Virus record (IMG/VR): IMGVR_UViG_3300031673_000386
Span: 1 to 27,260 of that record
Reading direction: 5' to 3' (one strand)
From: a virus
Taxonomy: Duplodnaviria; Caudoviricetes
DNA length: 27,260 bases
Numbering within the stretch: position 1 is the first letter of the stretch; each line of letters opens with the position of its first letter. The position numbers were made by a program, and so were the translations under genes. Of the stretch, positions 26,501 through 27,260 are shown in pieces. The notes beneath the pieces are model-generated. The model was given only the letters and a program-made list of their open reading frames with translations, made no database searches and was not told the origin of the DNA.

Positions 26501-27260
26501 TGGCGTTATTAATTTGAATTCCTGCTTTGGTTGTTCTTCTGGTTCTTGGTCAGAGGTTTCTTTTTTCTCGTCTGCCCTCCTCTTTGCTATCTGTTCCGGG
26601 GTTAATTTTATTAATTCCCCTGCCTGCATACGATAATCGGAATTGTTAATAATACCCTGTGCTTTGAGGTATTCCTGGCGGTCTGCTTCTACTGCGTCAA
26701 AAGATGATGGACCTATGGCATTTATGATTTCTGCTGCCCATAATACCTCCTGTGGCGTTTCCTGTTCGGGTTTTACTTCTGTTTGTTCAACCTCTCCTGG
26801 TGGAGTCTGTTCATCAATTCCACTTTCATCAGTCTCATCTTCTCCTCCAACTTCTTGTTCGGATTCATCGGTGAACCATTCTTGTTCTGCTCCTCTTGCT
26901 CTTGCGATTTCATCATTCAAATAATTTGTTATTACAATATAATCATTTTCGCTTAATCTGTCAATATACTTATCAACAACTTCTAAAGCTTGTTCTAATG
27001 TGAAATATTCATTTATGAGATTATTTTCATTAATGAACTGGTTAAATAGTGTTTTCCCTTCTTCCTGCTCTACGGGTTTCTCGTATTTGTCTATTGTTTC
27101 TCCAAACACTTCCCGGTATCTCCTTCTCAATTCCCATTGTGTCCCTGTGGTTTTTCTTATGTTCTTGTCCGGGTTGGCCAGCATGAAATCAATAATATCT
27201 TTCACGGTGAATGGTTCCATGCCTCCCCCTGATTGCTCTATCTGATCATTCCATTCAGAA
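14591..27260 (-). CDS. Giant polyvalent, probably virion-packaged and ejected, protein; 5' end outside the window (>4,220 aa)
   Basis: The frame stays open upstream of the track's Met (SEWNDQIEQSGGG-M) to the window edge. The stop overlaps the portal ATG (ATGA). Many recognisable domains are listed separately. Confidence 0.92.
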   Translation of the reverse strand, partial: SEWNDQIEQSGGGMEPFTVKDIIDFMLANPDKNIRKTTGTQWELRRRYREVFGETIDKYEKPVEQEEGKTLFNQFINENNLINEYFTLEQALEVVDKYIDRLSENDYIVITNYLNDEIARARGAEQEWFTDESEQEVGGEDETDESGIDEQTPPGEVEQTEVKPEQETPQEVLWAAEIINAIGPSSFDAVEADRQEYLKAQGIINNSDYRMQAGELIKLTPEQIAKRRADEKKETSDQEPEEQPKQEFKLITPVEPIKPVPLEITPVSPVPPTVPTELVKPTQQPLFGEIETADQTRQKKLQEKLAGLTPAQQDLAKKAIDEYEKKINQAKYRTDESVRDLEKAKHHIIREFNKSPDDRESVKHGGIIFDIPADLSKENMDRVLQPLKDKITASQKEYFDLIKQQEKAVDDSKNAAQAQGDMFAQPKDEGKPELELQQAESEVELFPSDAQKEAGNYKKGHVNFAGFDITIENPRGSERSGTDKTGKEWTRKLNNTYGYFKRTKGKDGDQIDVFLGDNPDSDNVFIIDQVNPENSAEFDEHKVMLGFDTEDDARQAYFSNYEPGWKGLRDITEVSKEKFKEWLDSGTRKLKPFTQYKEFTPAEKPTLPQKGEKYRVTHFYANIPVGTEGEVVKSWIDPNENNWVTLYFGKNLSGQKLQKSFPLNVVEKIEETPTKLPIEKKLEEHGLSEFYKRTRLTEKEAIALNEINKVTAPSRLTRSNLSQKYGSDVIEKLSDKNYILFGADFNKFSAVSKRGRDYASEFDKLQLEKKPIEPETPVLPLEMKLDEISKQPKKIEDFGEKIEGAKKMIYKRLNDVTETDIINQPLSKTFPRPDFVQLVKDGTLSEDGALVLKFLYDNIPPKPRKQYRLQGWAKTVQQDIDIFTDLLDNKENGKKIADKLREPLMTNLNNKFNLFEEVQKALGFPNEDINMGVYEIKKFHRGEKAENVLGTTYSIVKSPYIISDHKTAQEAADALKKMFAANKEKSKDVKLSIYQDRKTGKYFIGKKTATGVFRLIDGIETVQEARNKVKNEMAQLQELWNSVNIKPEERRETNRKRIGTDYRNGKNITPEEFGNTFGFRGVQFGNWVENDKRQNDLNQACDALMDLSTALNVSSRALSLGGELGIAFGARGSGKYSAHYESGQVVINLTKTRGAGSLAHEWWHALDSYFSRKRGDKSGFLTQSPRQKMNVVGREVAPDESLRTELIDAFKNVVETIRKSELPNRSKKLDSTRSDLYWSTIEEMSARSFENFIIEKLGATNEQNDYLANFKETEEWIKSGLDTNNYPYPTKEETPAINEAFQQFFDTIQEKQEDGQTILYEPFTSYSDAEQTYTKIKQKHPDSIVLVRSGDFYETFGDDAIKVSKNLGTVLTKSPNGNPRAGFPVFNLDNYLPKLTRAGYKVALADVLETPEKSSKLQKKTKNEEILYKEEAIQTQLDWEDKTVSAKRDPAFGSDPATRDIQRKRNYIPDIDNRLTAMERQLSDKGYLTFMGEQLTGSAKIESPNDIAFLFKNLESATNEHAFAVLIDKKWNYRVQYLSTGGTAGTVIDHKLIMAAAAEFNAVKVSFVHNHPSGTLMASAADINISKKLKEACTLMSIEYLPSVIIDIDKGKYAIIDILSAYGDIYEKREVRGKIQPIRVYQFEKQKFYVNSEDRTQIRSSHDVALFLSKQKRGTTNKTHVLILDRGNNINRYYLIDETTPVSQFIKQLYVDVGRHGNNIILASNGMITIETVRKIKNALQPIDSQLLDVLTIKQDENIITNYESMADEGMLYEPEGEYEVHEGESKLTPSQKQINFQSFDVGEESAELAFDKKRMLQLLGSKMYEAPIAQVAVKELLQNSFDAVKAMTTKTGEEGKIDFKVDYDERTIEIRDNGVGMTPDIVKNAFLTVGGTSKEGLGVGESSGGFGLAKVQFLLGSERIELETTRDGLTTTINTTNFELYNGSFKLKKEHTNKPNGTMVRITIPGSYTDFYGADKEINFPGKWNDIAQKWEAFSILKRPLLGNVNVNFKAISYGREHEQMLPSGNNAKEKVPSLFTTAEFNWGEADLYMSEEKKEYPTHEVLSAGIYQFEHTFIFREFDKIPYDIIVNIKSYVAPTDEYYPFNNQREAFSPAVQNDIKQLGNYIRKFASGEAEKEAAATFSDLRPLPKVDINKSLVEGAKVSPLEYASKIRELNKEFNIEKEIPKYARIIIRYEDIYIPSGTGYKKIETEKEYETSFQAKREIEGAEVDVEFLNPDDPQMHNNTNVDFMGMEGGIEFFADLGAVLKDFVKRAGDVMGYGYEKIRGGNVKYFTGISIDKEYAGVHVQKILNAIFFNPLGKDYNTINEAIQNTLHVFLHELAHEGSPGGHDERFAIEISDLYAKMADEIFYFQPLLRILYQKHFETYRRLKHEYNKSSTKNLSRTLKERDDGQRYSALRVGIHEGIIRERPYSGERRERRGEIDKTGEEIRGEGPGEIDKTGEIIISKLNEGIVQEPQATYGGRPVTKQVFYSPTEKALQSIKQEKGTPDQMKAMLLKNGAKEAELDWMGWDEAFTENIGVLDEYEAKLDAVYDKLQEHEIDDMQWGDDTEHAGEYTLSKVVNGEWKEVKEDSPFLTNNQKELVREWNKIDKDYQKAQIQKKKSITKADIQDWINQNKVEIEEVTKGIKSKETRIYWNDANQGTGVISYTSNTGLTIHDYENGEVLLLKDNEEIAWFTTVFEAKEAAKNEYKQYADDTKFSQWQLPGGENYKEVLLTMPTWEKRKVRIEQLKKEIRQQAENTKEWRDYTDKINTLLKKIHSGEGRTDDILPKVEKLEQERELIAEQEWGDKWAEIQKLGEDNYFKSSHFDEPNILAHVRFNERNLESGEKVLFLEEIQSDWAEKGRKEGFKDKKLPELTLPEGWTVKQDDKTTLLYSMRDVKLWKVYNEHGNQIGLGKENKDDAIREAKKTGYFKEHDDVPDMPFKQTSQWVNLVLRRMIRYAAENGFDKVAWTNGEMQAERYDLSKQVDYVRNTPLMNSRRVFIKMKENNQEIQLQVDADGKIFEVDGSTGIELVGKNLDEVVGKDLAEKIMQDEEGMKFSGLDLKVGGEGMKAFYDQIVRNAANSLGKKFGARVEETDIGVPKFKIRLKNNGFYEISDIDGNMVMNNVDPSKIDQWKQSGIKVQSLPITPQMKESALREGMPLFEPESKYGLPEKPKKENYPSLPDYLKALEKFYKDNPNEKPPIKQKITKAQNAVLNNNDFLDENIEAHRTAMEVYAEKEKGKPPTKETIDKMREFWIDDNFPIRRWQEAVIEHGGKLPDTEHKGEKTKADSYRDIRNMFGRMEILYEEFQQENIEPITKSFTKIIKSGMKSKGILPYMICKHGLERNRVMREEKLEEFQKRNPDATMDELFDYEDKLESMDFAGLLSFDLEKKFENVDDLAEAIIKGFESQVDPVLVEELWENTRKATDYTLNTWLKGGQISQKTYDYLKERYDNFIPLRGWREGAAKFLRYKNEGYGIGASFKRAFGRTSLADNPIAYIQAVGFKAINEQVANEVKQEALKIIFENYGKEFKDLHQIKKAYLVEKEIWNEQEQMYENVWSLYRDENGNLTRPPVEMFKEGKVKTEVNSEHEKLRTVWNALQHEVIVMNNGEPTIIVFPEKQLSVAQAFNNQNTMVEFLGHVFDARKLGETWIFRGLGAWTNFMKAMMTGYNPVFPFSNFSRDQLEASLTQNIRLNTRITKIPKNIPVAARTIIRNIGANFDPGNKYDVEYRNCGEAGGFTGFTHEKTIKQLEKELKKELKRVLRSDTAVGKTWDKLTGIFRIIEYWNRIFEDTTRFGVYMDARDKGLSIKDSAFESRNASVDFNMKGKGTRAIESIYAFFKVSMSALQKNFQLTKINPRKFIKNATAILAWGFLEAMLNDWDDDKNEDEKYYRINNYVRENYLVIRKFWGNKEEYLRVPISQFWRGFHAMGVSTYDYVNGKIPPGTAIARSISNLIAGMAPIDVTSFIQEGKLSWAPLIPTTIKPIQEIDINKDFMGNKISYEAFTKELEENLADSGLHKKYVNPAAKFITDVLFELGGGKTEYKFRYGKDGKLKYVPGIFDWNPSKIEHLISGYLGGVGRFTNDFMSTMGEFITGDEEYKFYDWPFINFFIRKIPDEKWTVLEKYYDYKKHISNAKIIADKAIREGDLEEIQKYISGDYPKAIEILSGYESNFKVLKDKYGEDIEGLQGIEGLSNLMIELRQDAINELDKLNINKP
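15005..15600 (-). other. LPD38-like C-terminal domain of the giant protein
   Basis: YYRINNYVRENYLVI..YLRVPI..IKPIQEIDINKDFMGNKI..NPSKIEHLISGYLGGVG. Boundaries approximate. Confidence 0.7.
17960..19790 (-). other. Conserved phage domain with EEIQSDW motif, GNAT-like topology, interrupted by insertions
   Basis: FYSPTEKAL, GGENYKEVLL, HFDEPNILAHVRF, VLFLEEIQSDW, PDMPFK, LRRMIRYAAENGFDKVAW and MKAFYD. The fold assignment is inference. Confidence 0.5.
19871..19940. repeat. Perfect 25-bp direct repeat (GEIDKTGE x2) in a linker
   Basis: TTCACCTGTTTTATCAATTTCTCCA at 19871-19895 and 19916-19940. Confidence 0.9.
20190..21830 (-). other. GHKL (Hsp90/MutL/MORC-type) ATPase module followed by a zincin HExxH domain
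   Basis: N box ELLQNSFDA, G1 DNGVGM, G2 GGFGLA, G3 GT, and HELAH..HDERF at 20231-20245. Confidence 0.85.
22000..22760 (-). other. Tandem RadC-like JAB domains (first with intact JAMM motif, second degenerate)
   Basis: IESPNDI..NEHAFAVLID..HNHPSGTLMASAAD (H-x-H-x7-S-x2-D at 22514-22555). The second copy IRSSHDVA..THVLILDRGN..QLLDVLTI lacks the metal ligands. Confidence 0.8.
23040..23265 (-). other. MutS domain I (mismatch-binding) module
   Basis: YTKIKQKHPDSIVLVRSGDFYETFGDDA..AGFP..YLPKLTRAGYKVALAD, with the F-x-E motif intact. Confidence 0.9.
23345..24080 (-). other. Zincin metallopeptidase-like domain plus LPD1
   Basis: FGFRGVQFGNW..AHYE..GSLAHEWWHALD (HExxH at 23768-23782), then YWSTIEEMSARSFE..YPYP..AINEAF. 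Confidence 0.78.
24500..24880 (-). other. LPD5-like domain
   Basis: KIEDFGEKIEGAKK..PLSKTFPRPD..IPPKPR. Boundaries approximate. Confidence 0.6.
24983..25445 (-). other. SH3/KOW-like barrel followed by a winged-helix-like module
   Basis: KGEKYRV..PVGTEGEVV..VTLYF (25250-25445), then LTEKEAIAL..VIEKLSDKNYI..VSKRGRDY (24983-25180). Confidence 0.45.
25505..25926 (-). other. Inorganic pyrophosphatase-like domain of polyvalent proteins
   Basis: AGNYKKGH..ITIENPRGS..YGYFKRTKGKDGDQIDVF..FDEHKVMLGF..FKEWL, with DGDxxD and DEHK acidic motifs. Confidence 0.85.

Noticed and set aside
14786-27245. Many 60-130 aa ORFs antisense or out of frame within the giant gene, and similar ones within the MCP, terL and portal genes
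   Set aside because: They are fully nested in well-supported CDSs, mostly have non-ATG starts, and show S/F-rich shadow composition with no motifs.
1-27260. Stop-codon reassignment, introns or inteins as seen in some Bacteroidota phages
   Set aside because: Genes tile densely in the standard code and end with TAA, TGA and TAG. terL and portal are uninterrupted and no intein or homing-endonuclease motifs were seen.

Overview
The whole window is the morphogenesis region of a tailed dsDNA phage or prophage. It is AT-rich, has no Shine-Dalgarno starts and has several ATGA-coupled genes, which suggests a Bacteroidota host (inference). On the minus strand the order is: a 5'-truncated giant polyvalent protein (>4,220 aa), then a P22-like portal, then (after an oppositely oriented cassette) scaffold, HK97-type major capsid with an unusual hydrophobic leader, decoration and adaptor proteins, small structural proteins, a fibre, and a 3'-truncated LRR receptor-binding protein that the ORF track missed. 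The plus-strand cassette between portal and scaffold holds a small basic protein, TerL, a hypothetical, a split GT2 glycosyltransferase and a SAM methyltransferase. The most interesting object is the giant protein. It strings together PPase-like, SH3-like, wHTH, LPD5, zincin/LPD1, MutS-I, an active plus an inactive JAB, GHKL ATPase, a second zincin, a GNAT-like region and LPD38. A recurring E-P-x-x-x-Y motif sits at four domain junctions and clamp-binding-like peptides sit in linkers, suggesting an injected, possibly processed anti-defence polyprotein. Other notable items are a 114-aa domain shared by two virion proteins, a terminal module shared by three proteins, a portal 3'UTR antisense to a translation start, and short repeat arrays at the convergent junction. 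All domain calls are by eye from motifs, and no database searches were run.
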